Part shown: positions 28,100 to 36,896 of the stretch, piece after piece
How positions within the stretch are numbered: position 1 is the stretch's first letter
Layout: each line of letters opens with the position of its first letter
NCBI GenBank assembly: GCA_965215565.1
Contig: CBDCDZ010000004.1
Location: forward strand, 1,312,001 to 1,376,000
Length of the DNA: 64,000 nt
DNA from: Trueperaceae bacterium
GTDB taxonomy: Bacteria; Deinococcota; Deinococci; Deinococcales; Trueperaceae
Direction of reading: 5' to 3'
Position numbers and translations under genes: made by a program
Notes under the pieces: model-generated
Database searches by the model: none
The model's input: the letters and a program-made list of their open reading frames with translations, nothing else
Told to the model about the DNA's origin: nothing

Positions 28100-29032
28100 A
28101 TGAGGTTCGTCATCTTGACGGGGCTCTCGGGCGCGGGCAAAGCGACGGGGCTCGCCGCTCTAGAGGACATCGGCTACTTCACGGCGGACAACCTGCCGCC
28201 GATGCTCTGGGGCGAGTTGCTGGCGCAAGCGCGCGAGGCGAGCGGCAAAACAGCGCAGGACAAAGTCGTCGTAGGCATCGACGTGCGCACGCGGGACTTC
28301 CTGGACGACGTGCCGCGCGCGCTGGAGCAGCTCAAAGCGCAGGGTATTATCCCCGAGGTCATCTTTTTGGACGCTTCGGATGAGGTCTTAGTCAAACGCT
28401 ACAACCTGACGCGGCGCACGCACCCACTCGGGCAAGCGCCTCTGGGGTCAGATATCGCACAAGAGCGCGAAGTTTTGGGTGGCCTACGCGCCCTGGCAGA
28501 TTTCGTCCTCGACACGTCGCACTTCTCCGCCCGAGAGTTGACTGAGGAGCTGTGGACGCGCTTTGGCGACGAGCGGCGCTTTCGGCTGCGGCTCGTCTCG
28601 TTCGGCTTCAAGCGCGGCGCGCCCATCGACGCGGACAACATCTTCGATTTGCGCTCCCTACCCAATCCCTACTACGACCCCGCGCTGCGCCCTTTAGATG
28701 GACGCGACGAGCGCGTCAAAAACTACGTCTTTACGAGCGAAGGGTTGGCGTTCTACACCGAGCTGCGCGAGTTCGTGCGGCTTTTGGCGTCGCGAGCGGT
28801 CTCAGCGGGGCGCTCGAGCTACACCGTCGCCCTGGGCTGCACGGGCGGTCAGCACCGCTCGGTAGCGCTGACCGAGCGCCTGACCCACGACCTCGCCGAG
28901 ACGTTCGCTACCTACGCCGACCACCGCGACGTCGTCGTCGCGCTCGCCGAACATGGTCACGGCGCGAACCAACCTGCTGAGGGTGCACCTGCTCAAAAGG
29001 ACTCACAGGAGGACGCCCGTGGCGCGTCTTGA
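28100..29032 (+). CDS. rapZ: RNase adapter RapZ/YvcJ
   Basis: TGLSGAGK, DNLP, DVR, SFGFK, LPNPY, GCTGGQHRSV. Confidence 0.95.
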   Translation: MRFVILTGLSGAGKATGLAALEDIGYFTADNLPPMLWGELLAQAREASGKTAQDKVVVGIDVRTRDFLDDVPRALEQLKAQGIIPEVIFLDASDEVLVKRYNLTRRTHPLGQAPLGSDIAQEREVLGGLRALADFVLDTSHFSARELTEELWTRFGDERRFRLRLVSFGFKRGAPIDADNIFDLRSLPNPYYDPALRPLDGRDERVKNYVFTSEGLAFYTELREFVRLLASRAVSAGRSSYTVALGCTGGQHRSVALTERLTHDLAETFATYADHRDVVVALAEHGHGANQPAEGAPAQKDSQEDARGAS

Positions 29033-30338
29033 GCGCTTGCGCCGCATCAGCAACGTCCGCTACTGGCTCACGCCGGGCATGGGCGTCAAGCGTCACGTCT
29101 TCGTGGCGGCTTTGGGCACGCTGCTGCTCGTCATAGGCGTGATCAGCAGCGTCCTCTGGATACGCCACGCGGAAGACTACCTCCTCTTCGGGGCGCTGGA
29201 GCAGCGCTTAGCGAGCCGCATGTGGGAGGTGTGGGGCGGCTGGCTCTCCTTACTGACGCTCATGGGTGGGCTCAGCGTCGCGGTGTGGGCGGTGGGGCGC
29301 TTGAACCGCTCACTCTTGTCCAACTGGATGCCGCGCCCCAAAGATGCCGCCGTGCTGCTCCACCAACGGGTCTCACTAGCGAGAGGTCCGCGCATCGTCG
29401 CCTTGGGGGGCGGCACGGGTCTGTCCAACCTCTTGCGCGGTCTCAGGGAGTACACCTCGAACATCACCGCCGTCGTGTCGGTCAGTGATGACGGCGGCTC
29501 CTCGGGGCGACTGCGCGACGCCTTCGGCATCCCCGCGCCGGGCGATCTGACGGACTGCTTGGCGGCGCTCTCCGACAACGAGTCACAGGTCAGCCGACTC
29601 TTGGAGTACCGTTTCGAGCGCGGCGCGGAGCTAGAGGGACACACCTTCGGCAATCTCTTCATCACCACGCTGACCGAAGTCGAGGGCGACTTCGCGCGGG
29701 CGATTCGCGTCCTTAACGCGCTCCTCAACCTCTGCGGCGCGGTCTACCCGATCACCACAGACCCCACGTCGCTCAAGGTGATCAAATGCTCGGGCGAAGA
29801 GGTGGTGGGCGAGAGCAAGGTGAGCGCGGTGCCGGGTCCGGTGGCGCGCGTGCTGCTCGAGCCCCCAGACCCCGCCATCGTCCCCGACGTCGCGCAAGCG
29901 CTCGCGAACGCCGATCTCGTCGTTCTGGGGCCAGGCAGCCTCTTCACGAGCACCTTGCCGCCCCTGCTCGTACCGGGCGCGAAGCGCGCTCTTTTGGAGA
30001 CGCGCGCGCCCATCGTCTACCTCTGCAACGTGATGACCGAGCCCGGCGAGACGGACGGCTTCAGCGCCTGGGACCACGTCGCAGCGATCCACCAGCATCT
30101 GGGGCGCTACCCCGATCAGGTGCTGCTCAACAGCAGCGCAGTGGATAAAGCGCGCCGCGAGCGCTACAGGGTGCTGGGCGCAGAAGCTGTCCGGGTGGAC
30201 CTCGCCCCTTTCAAAAAGGCGGGCGTCGCAGTGAGCACCTTAGAGCTGCTCGGGTCTGGACCTCAGGTGCAGCACGACGCGGCGCGGCTCGCCGCTTGGC
30301 TGAACTCCTTCGCGCGCTTTTCGAAGGTGGGGGCTTGA
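29019..30338 (+). CDS. yvcK: YvcK/GlmR family protein with N-terminal membrane region
   Basis: ALGGGTG, DDGGSSGRLR, PGD, GHTFGNL, GPGSLFTS, ETDG. Confidence 0.9.
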   Translation: MARLERLRRISNVRYWLTPGMGVKRHVFVAALGTLLLVIGVISSVLWIRHAEDYLLFGALEQRLASRMWEVWGGWLSLLTLMGGLSVAVWAVGRLNRSLLSNWMPRPKDAAVLLHQRVSLARGPRIVALGGGTGLSNLLRGLREYTSNITAVVSVSDDGGSSGRLRDAFGIPAPGDLTDCLAALSDNESQVSRLLEYRFERGAELEGHTFGNLFITTLTEVEGDFARAIRVLNALLNLCGAVYPITTDPTSLKVIKCSGEEVVGESKVSAVPGPVARVLLEPPDPAIVPDVAQALANADLVVLGPGSLFTSTLPPLLVPGAKRALLETRAPIVYLCNVMTEPGETDGFSAWDHVAAIHQHLGRYPDQVLLNSSAVDKARRERYRVLGAEAVRVDLAPFKKAGVAVSTLELLGSGPQVQHDAARLAAWLNSFARFSKVGA

Positions 30339-31531
30339 TGGCTAGAGGGAGCCGGAGTATGCGGCGGCTCACGCTCTGGCTGTTCACACTGTCCGCACTC
30401 TCGCCCGTCGCCTTCGCCAACCTCTTATCCCTCACGGACCCGCTCGGCGACGCCGTGGGTGACGGCAGCCTCGCGTCGCCCACGGCTGAGCGCTTTAGCG
30501 GCGCGTTCGACGTGCGCGAGCTGCGCGTGTTGGACGAAGAGACCTTGACGGTTCAGCTCGAGCTTGCCGGGCTCGCGGCGCAAGGCGCTGGTGGCGGGGG
30601 CGACAGCGGGGTAGGTCAGCCGATCATCGAGGTTTACTTAGACAGCGAGCCGGGCGGCGAGGAGACCCTGCTACCCGGCTCGGGGATGCAGCTCGCGCAA
30701 GGCGGCTGGAACGTCGCCTTCCAAATCGCGGGCGGCCACCTCAGGGTGTTCGCTGCGGGTGACGACGCGGACCCCACCGGTAGCGACGGACCCACCGACG
30801 TCACCACGTCACTCGGCGCACGCTTAGCGCGAGAGGGCGACACGCTCACGGTTAGGACGCGCTTAGAGACCCCGGCGCGCTTTAGCCTCTACGGGCTCGT
30901 AGGCAGTTACGACCCCTTCAGCACTACGGGTTGGCGCAGCGTCTCGCCCGAGCCGTCGCCTTGGCACTTCTCGAGCCCCACCCAAACCCGCCCTGTCCTC
31001 GACGTGATGGCGGACGAGCCCGCCTTACAAGCCAGGGCGATCCGTAGCGGTCTACTCCCCGAAATCCGCACCTCGTTTCAGCAGGCGCGCTGGCTCTTCA
31101 TCGCCGCTGCCGGCACGCTCTTCGCCCTCTTCGGCGTTGCGCTGCGCCTCTTCGCTTCCACGCCGCGCGACCCTGAGCCAGCGCTCGCTCCCGCAAGCGA
31201 ACTTGCACCGAGCAAGCCCGTCATCTCCTACGGGGCTAGGGAGGCGGGCGAGCGAGCGCAGATTCTGCGCAGCATCGACTTCGAAACGCTGCAAAAGGGG
31301 AAGTGGCTCGAGCCTCTAGATGCAGACACGCCTCTCCACCGCTCGACTCGAGTCGGTCAGCGCCCCGCGTCAGAGGTTGGCGAAGAGGAATCCGAACGGA
31401 CACACTCAGCCGTACCCAGCGTGCCAAAGCCAGAGGCGGAAGTCACGTCGGGGGCGAGCGCCTCTAAATCGAGGATACCCAAGTTGGATAAACAAGACGG
31501 ACGTCTGAGCCGCGCCGACAATGGAGATTAG
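30338..31531 (+). CDS. Exported glucodextranase DOMON-like domain protein with C-terminal TM helix and disordered tail
   Basis: Signal peptide; DPLGDAVGDG...P, FDVREL, IIEVYLD, YDPF...GWR. Confidence 0.65.
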   Translation: MARGSRSMRRLTLWLFTLSALSPVAFANLLSLTDPLGDAVGDGSLASPTAERFSGAFDVRELRVLDEETLTVQLELAGLAAQGAGGGGDSGVGQPIIEVYLDSEPGGEETLLPGSGMQLAQGGWNVAFQIAGGHLRVFAAGDDADPTGSDGPTDVTTSLGARLAREGDTLTVRTRLETPARFSLYGLVGSYDPFSTTGWRSVSPEPSPWHFSSPTQTRPVLDVMADEPALQARAIRSGLLPEIRTSFQQARWLFIAAAGTLFALFGVALRLFASTPRDPEPALAPASELAPSKPVISYGAREAGERAQILRSIDFETLQKGKWLEPLDADTPLHRSTRVGQRPASEVGEEESERTHSAVPSVPKPEAEVTSGASASKSRIPKLDKQDGRLSRADNGD

Positions 31532-31538
31532 AAGGCGG

Positions 31539-32324
31539 TCAGCTCAGACCCGTCGGCGTCAGCGCCTCCTCGAGCCGCCCGATCGCAAAGTCCACGACGA
31601 GCGCCAAGAGCGCCACAGGCACCGCGCCTTCTAGCACGTACGCTAGGTTGCGGTTCGTCAGACCTGCGATGATCGGCACGCCCAACCCGCCGGTGCCGAT
31701 GATGGGCGCAACCGTCGCCGTACCGATGGTGTAGATCGCGCTGACGCGCACGCCCGCCAGTATCACGCGCAGCGCCAGCGGCAGTTCTAGGCGAAAGAGC
31801 CGCTCCCACGGTCCCATCCCCATCCCTTTAGCAGCTTCTTGCAAGGTAGTCGGGACGGCCTCTAAACCTGCGATGGTATTTCTCGTCACGGGTAAGAGCC
31901 CATAAGCGACGAGCGCGATGAGCGTCGGGCGCAGACCGAAGCCGAAAAAGGGCAGCGCGAGGGCCAAGACAGCGATGGGCGGGAAGGTCTGACCTACCGA
32001 GAGGAGGCTCGAGGCGAGCGGCAAGAACGCCCGCCCCGAGGGGCGCGTGAGCCACACACCTAAGGGAATCCCGATGACGAGGATCAGCGCGAGCGCCCAG
32101 CCGACGATGACGAGGTGTTGCAAGGTCAGCTCTAAGAGCGTGTTGCGTTCGAAAAGGACGGTGCGCTGCTCGGGAAAGAGCCGCCCTAGCACCGCACCCC
32201 ACAGCGCTTGTTGCGCGAACAGCCACAAGAGCGCGGCGAACATCGCGCCCGCCAAGCCTACTTGCAGCCACGCCTTGGCTTTAGGTGAAAGCGACGTAGG
32301 CAGGCGTCCGGTCAGGGCGCTCAC
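31539..32324 (-). CDS. Osmoprotectant ABC transporter permease (YehW-like)
   Basis: QTFPPIAVLAL, EAAKGMGM, ELPLAL; GTG overlaps the ATPase stop. Confidence 0.88.
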   Translation of the reverse strand: MSALTGRLPTSLSPKAKAWLQVGLAGAMFAALLWLFAQQALWGAVLGRLFPEQRTVLFERNTLLELTLQHLVIVGWALALILVIGIPLGVWLTRPSGRAFLPLASSLLSVGQTFPPIAVLALALPFFGFGLRPTLIALVAYGLLPVTRNTIAGLEAVPTTLQEAAKGMGMGPWERLFRLELPLALRVILAGVRVSAIYTIGTATVAPIIGTGGLGVPIIAGLTNRNLAYVLEGAVPVALLALVVDFAIGRLEEALTPTGLS

Positions 32325-33427
32325 GCGGCGGCCTCCTGCTCGCGCTCGCTCGTCAGCGTTAAAATCGTCTGCATGTCGATGACGCCGACGAGCCGCCCGT
32401 CTTCCTCGGTCACGGGCATCTCGGTGACGCCCTGCGTGAGCATCCGCGACAGGGCGTCTTTGGCGTCGTCGCCGCTCAGGACGCCGTACACCTCGGCGTC
32501 CGCTTCGGTGTAGGCGTCCGCCACGACTCTGTTGTCCGCGAAGGCGCGGCGGTCCAGCCAACCTACCAGCCGCCCTTTGTCCGTCACGTAGACGGTGCTA
32601 CGCTGCGCCAGCGCGGTCTCAGCCTCTTTGGGTGACGCGCCGCGCTCCACCGAGATGACCTCTTTGCGCAGGTCGCTCACCTGCACGCGGCTGAGGCGCT
32701 TGAGGGCGCGGTCACTCCCGACGAACTGCCGCACAAAGCGGCTCTTGGGTTGCGACAGGAGCGTTTCGGGCGTGTCGTACTGTTCCAACTCGCCCGCGTT
32801 CATCACGCAGACCTTGTCGCCCATCTTGATGGCCTCGTCGATATCGTGCGTGACCATAACGATGGTCTTTTTAAGCTGGCTCTGGAGCCGCAAAAACTCC
32901 TCTTGGAGCCGCTCGCGGGTCAGCGGGTCCACCGCGCCGAAGGGCTCGTCCATCAGCAGGACGGGCGGGTCCACCGCCAGCGCCCGCGCCACCCCGACGC
33001 GCTGCGCTTGCCCGCCGGAGAGTTCTTTCGGATACGAGTCGCGGTAACGCTCCGGGTCTAAGCCGGTGAGGTGGAGGAGTTCGTCGGCGCGCTCCGCACT
33101 CCGCCCCTTGTCCCACCCAAGCAGGTCAGGCACGACCTGAATATTTTGCTTCACCGTCATGTGCGGAAAGAGCCCGATGCTCTGAATGACGTAGCCGATG
33201 CCGCGCCGCAAAGCTTGCGGGTCAGCGTCTTCGGTGTCTTGACCGTCCACATAGATTTTGCCCGCCGAGGGCTCGATGAGGCGGTTGATCATCTTTAGGG
33301 TGGTCGTCTTGCCGCAGCCCGACGGACCGATCAACACGACTAAGTCGCCCTCGTCAATTTCAAAGGACAATCCCTTCACCGCTATTTCGTCGCCGTAGCG
33401 CTTGCTCACGTTCTCGAGTCTAATCAC
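32321..33427 (-). CDS. Osmoprotectant ABC transporter ATPase with CBS domains (YehX/OpuCA-like)
   Basis: GPSGCGKT, LSGGQ, LLMDEPF, VTHD; C-terminal CBS-like pair. Confidence 0.92.
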   Translation of the reverse strand: MIRLENVSKRYGDEIAVKGLSFEIDEGDLVVLIGPSGCGKTTTLKMINRLIEPSAGKIYVDGQDTEDADPQALRRGIGYVIQSIGLFPHMTVKQNIQVVPDLLGWDKGRSAERADELLHLTGLDPERYRDSYPKELSGGQAQRVGVARALAVDPPVLLMDEPFGAVDPLTRERLQEEFLRLQSQLKKTIVMVTHDIDEAIKMGDKVCVMNAGELEQYDTPETLLSQPKSRFVRQFVGSDRALKRLSRVQVSDLRKEVISVERGASPKEAETALAQRSTVYVTDKGRLVGWLDRRAFADNRVVADAYTEADAEVYGVLSGDDAKDALSRMLTQGVTEMPVTEEDGRLVGVIDMQTILTLTSEREQEAAA

Positions 33428-33443
33428 CGCGCTCCCCTTTCAC

Positions 33444-33480
33444 CAGCAGAAACCCTCTGGTTATAAGCGCTCTCACTGTA
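33444..33480. repeat. Degenerate partial arm of the TAGCA element
   Basis: cagcag......tctggtt.....cgctctcactgta aligns with the reverse complement of 6857-6893. Confidence 0.55.
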
Positions 33481-33674
33481 CCGCTTAGCCCATGCTGCGG
33501 GATAAAGCCCCGGCAGCCCGATTTTTTGGAACCTAGTTCTTTGGAATTTATCTCCCGCCATGCAAAAACTCTGCAAAGCGAACTGAAAGGTGCAGCTCCT
33601 AGCATACGGTTCGGTTCCATCAAGCGTCCGTTCGTGAAGCTTCAAGGCGTTAGTAGAGAACTGTACGCTTTTGT

Positions 33675-35081
33675 TCATGACTGAATACCGGGCGAGGTCA
33701 AGAGCGCTCCTACCCCGCGCAAAAGCGCGTCTACAAAGAGCGCCAGCAGGATAATCGGTATCGCGCCTAAGAGGATGAGGTCCGGCACCTGCTGGCTGAT
33801 ACCGCTCTCGATAAAGGTCCCTAAACCGCCCGCGCCGATTAAAAAAGCAACCGTCGCGATGCCGATGGTCAGAACCGCCGACGCCCGGAGCCCCTCGACG
33901 ATGAGCGGCAGTGCTAGGGGCAACTCGACGCGGCGCAGGATCTGCGCCCGGCTCATCCCCATTCCGCGCCCCGCGTCGATGGCGGACTTAGGCACCTCTT
34001 TGATGCCCGTGTAGCAGTTGCGGACGATCGGCAGGAGCGCGTAGAGCGTCAGGGCGATGAGCGCGGGAGCCGTGCCGATGCCGCGTACGCCCAGAGCCGA
34101 GAGCGGCGCGGTGAAGCCGGGCAGCGCGAGTTCGCCGAAGTCCAAGCTAAATACCGCAACGATGAGGTCGTTGAGGAACACGGCGAGAATAACCGTGAGG
34201 AGCGCAAGCGGAACTGTAGCGACAAGCACGACAACGCCTAAGTAGAGATTGGCTACACCCTCCGCGAGCCGCGCCTTTTGAAAGCCCCAGATGAGCGCGG
34301 CGGTCGCGGCGAGCCCTACGAGGATAAAGAGCAGCGCGGCTCCTACGCTCACCCCGTTGCCGAGCCGCGCCAGGGGTCCTAACATCAAACCGAACAGCGC
34401 GAGTGAGGGGAGCGTCTGCAACAGGCTCGCGGTAGGTAACACGACCGCTGCCGCCCGCTCGTTTCGCGCCGCCTGAATCGCGGCGGGCACGCCGATAGCG
34501 GCGGCTAGAAAGACGCTCGTGCCCGAGAGCGCTAAGTGCCGCACCACCTCGGCGGCGAAGTCTTCCCCGCGCACCGCGAACTCGCGGGCGAGACCCAAGT
34601 CGCTGAGCGCCCCTGACGCTATAAGAAGAAGCGCGCCGACGAGCCCTGGCACGACTATCAGGGCACTTTTCCACCTCTTACCGCGCAGTTCACCTAACGC
34701 CCCAAAAATTCCGATGTAGTAAGCGAGCAGCGTGACCCACACGCCGCCACGGGGTGAGACCCGCGCCCTGTCCGCGTTCTCTACCTCAGCGAGCAAGGCT
34801 TGTGTCCCCTGGCTCATGAGGACGATTCCCAAGAGCAACCCCGCCGAAGCGAGCAGACCGAGCACCCAAGGACGCCCTTGAACCTTTGCAAAACTGACCA
34901 GCGCGAGCGCGAGCCAAACGCCGAGCAGCAGGAGGACCCAAACGAGGGGCAACGCAAAGGCGCTGTACGCTTCGCCCTCGACGATGCGGTTCTCTTTGAG
35001 CAGCAGCCAATTCGCCGCGAGCACGCCGAGAACGCCCACGGCGCTCGCGAGCAGCGTTACAGGATTGAGTGAATCACGCAC
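33675..35081 (-). CDS. Osmoprotectant ABC transporter permease (YehY-like)
   Basis: QTLPSLALFG, GIGTAPA, DAGRGMGM, VELPLA. Confidence 0.88.
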   Translation of the reverse strand: MRDSLNPVTLLASAVGVLGVLAANWLLLKENRIVEGEAYSAFALPLVWVLLLLGVWLALALVSFAKVQGRPWVLGLLASAGLLLGIVLMSQGTQALLAEVENADRARVSPRGGVWVTLLAYYIGIFGALGELRGKRWKSALIVVPGLVGALLLIASGALSDLGLAREFAVRGEDFAAEVVRHLALSGTSVFLAAAIGVPAAIQAARNERAAAVVLPTASLLQTLPSLALFGLMLGPLARLGNGVSVGAALLFILVGLAATAALIWGFQKARLAEGVANLYLGVVVLVATVPLALLTVILAVFLNDLIVAVFSLDFGELALPGFTAPLSALGVRGIGTAPALIALTLYALLPIVRNCYTGIKEVPKSAIDAGRGMGMSRAQILRRVELPLALPLIVEGLRASAVLTIGIATVAFLIGAGGLGTFIESGISQQVPDLILLGAIPIILLALFVDALLRGVGALLTSPGIQS

Positions 35082-35098
35082 AACTCACCTCTTCATTC

Positions 35099-35130
35099 CA
35101 AAAAAGATGAGGACAGGTCAACCTGTCCTC
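35099..35130 (-). terminator. Hairpin/intrinsic terminator after the substrate-binding gene
   Basis: GAGGACAGGT/ACCTGTCCTC stem followed on the minus strand by ATCTTTTTTT. Confidence 0.7.
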
Positions 35131-35163
35131 TTGAAGCTCTTTTCAACGTATGAAAGGCGAACC

Positions 35164-36090
35164 TTACTGCAAGAAGCCTTCGGAGGTGAGGTAGTCCTCA
35201 GCCACCTGCGCGGGGTCGAGACCCTCCACCGCTACCTGACCGTTAAGGGTTTGCAGCGTCTCCTCATCGAGCGATTCGAAGACAGGGTTGAGAATTTCCG
35301 CGAGTTCCGGGAACTGGCTCGCCACCTCGCCGCGCACGGTGGGCGCAGGCTGATAGATAGCCACCGCGCTTTGAGGATCGTCTAACGTGGTGAGCCCGAG
35401 CGCCGAAATCGTGCCGTCGGTGCCGTACGCCATCGCCGCGTTGACGCCGTCGGTGCCCTGCGCCGCCGCTGTCTCGGTCTGCGTAGTGTTGCCGCCCGCT
35501 AAGATCACGAGTTGGTTTGACGAGACTTCGAAGCCGTAAGTTTCCTCGAAGGCGGGCAGCGCGTCTTCGCGGTCGACGAACTCCTGGCTCGCGGCGAGCT
35601 TGAATTCGCCGCCATCGTTGATATACGTGGCTAAGTCGCCGAGCGTCTCCAAGCCGTTCTCCTGCGCTAAACTTTCAGGCACGGCAATCGCCCAGGTGTT
35701 GTTCGCGGGCGCTTGCTCCAACCAGGTCACGTTGTTGCGCTCGGCGTCGAGCTGTTTCACGGTCTGGTAGAGTTCTTGGGCGTCCGTCGAAACGCCTTCG
35801 GGCAGTGCCGCGTCCGGGAAAAACGTCAGCGCCGAGCCCGTATACTCGGGGTAGAGGTCGATTTCGCCCGCTAAGAGCGCCTCACGCACCACCGACGTCG
35901 TGCCGAAGCCCGAGCGGTCATTTATAGCGAAGTCGTTCTGCTCCAACATGAGCCGGATGATCTGAGCGAGCACCGAGCCCTCGGTATCGATCTTCGAGCC
36001 GACGGTGAGCGTTCCCTTTTGTGCGAAGCCGAAGCTCGAGCCGAGGCTCACACTAAGGACGACGAATAGGACAAAGGCTAGTCTGCGCAT
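35164..36090 (-). CDS. osmF: Glycine betaine/osmoprotectant substrate-binding protein (OsmF/YehZ-like)
   Basis: VGSKIDTEG, DLYPEYTG, APANNTWAIA, MAYGTDG; AGGAGG RBS. Confidence 0.9.
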   Translation of the reverse strand: MRRLAFVLFVVLSVSLGSSFGFAQKGTLTVGSKIDTEGSVLAQIIRLMLEQNDFAINDRSGFGTTSVVREALLAGEIDLYPEYTGSALTFFPDAALPEGVSTDAQELYQTVKQLDAERNNVTWLEQAPANNTWAIAVPESLAQENGLETLGDLATYINDGGEFKLAASQEFVDREDALPAFEETYGFEVSSNQLVILAGGNTTQTETAAAQGTDGVNAAMAYGTDGTISALGLTTLDDPQSAVAIYQPAPTVRGEVASQFPELAEILNPVFESLDEETLQTLNGQVAVEGLDPAQVAEDYLTSEGFLQ

Positions 36091-36424
36091 GGTTTCCTCC
36101 TACTTGTTCTACTGGTATGTATACGGACGTAATGGACCGTTAGAACACATTCACGCAACCATCACTCAGGTCTAGGCTTACGCTTCACTGAACACGTAGT
36201 AGACAAAACGATGAACGCTATCAATGTGAAAAACTACGCTTTGAAGTAAAGCATACAAAGTCGCGAGGCTCTGTTAAGCGCCCTACCAAAAGTTTGTTCT
36301 GGTTGTCGTAAGAGGTGCGCCGACGCTGCCGCCGCACCTCGCCCGTGCTAAAAGGGGCACTAATAGAAGAGGTGAGGTTAGAACCTCACCCCCCACGCTG
36401 TAGAGACTTTACGCTTCGCGCCTG

Positions 36425-36646
36425 CTAAACTCTCGTTCTCATCTCGCCGAGCGAGACTCCCGTAAGGGCATTGCGCCTCTTTTGCCGCAGCGAATCACAG
36501 GCAGCTTGCCAGTTCGCCTTAGCGCGCCTAAGTTCAGCGCGCGCGTTCGTTACGTTGCGCCCCGTACGCTCCGCCTTGTCTACTCTAAATTGCGCTCTGA
36601 CGCACTGGTCTGCGGCTCGGTCTAATGGGGATGAAAAGAAGATCAT
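36425..36646 (-). CDS. Small basic helical hypothetical protein (73 aa)
   Basis: Strong AGGAGG RBS before the ATG at 36646; GGTGAGGTT/AACCTCACC hairpin at 36371-36390 downstream. Confidence 0.5.
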   Translation of the reverse strand: MIFFSSPLDRAADQCVRAQFRVDKAERTGRNVTNARAELRRAKANWQAACDSLRQKRRNALTGVSLGEMRTRV

Positions 36647-36896
36647 GACAGCCTCCTGCAGCTCTCTATGAGATTTCTCACATCTTAGACCTTCTCGTCT
36701 GCACAAGCAACCGCAAATGCGCCTTATGAAGAAACTGTGAGAGCGCTCCTTAGAAAGCGCTCTCTCGCCGTGCTACACGGCTTTTGAGGAACCACTGAGA
36801 GGACCGCGCCACGGCAAAAGACCTCACGGGGCGGTTTCACATATTCTTTATTTTTTTCTCATAAAAAGCGTCAGCGGTAGAGATTTGCGCGGTCTT

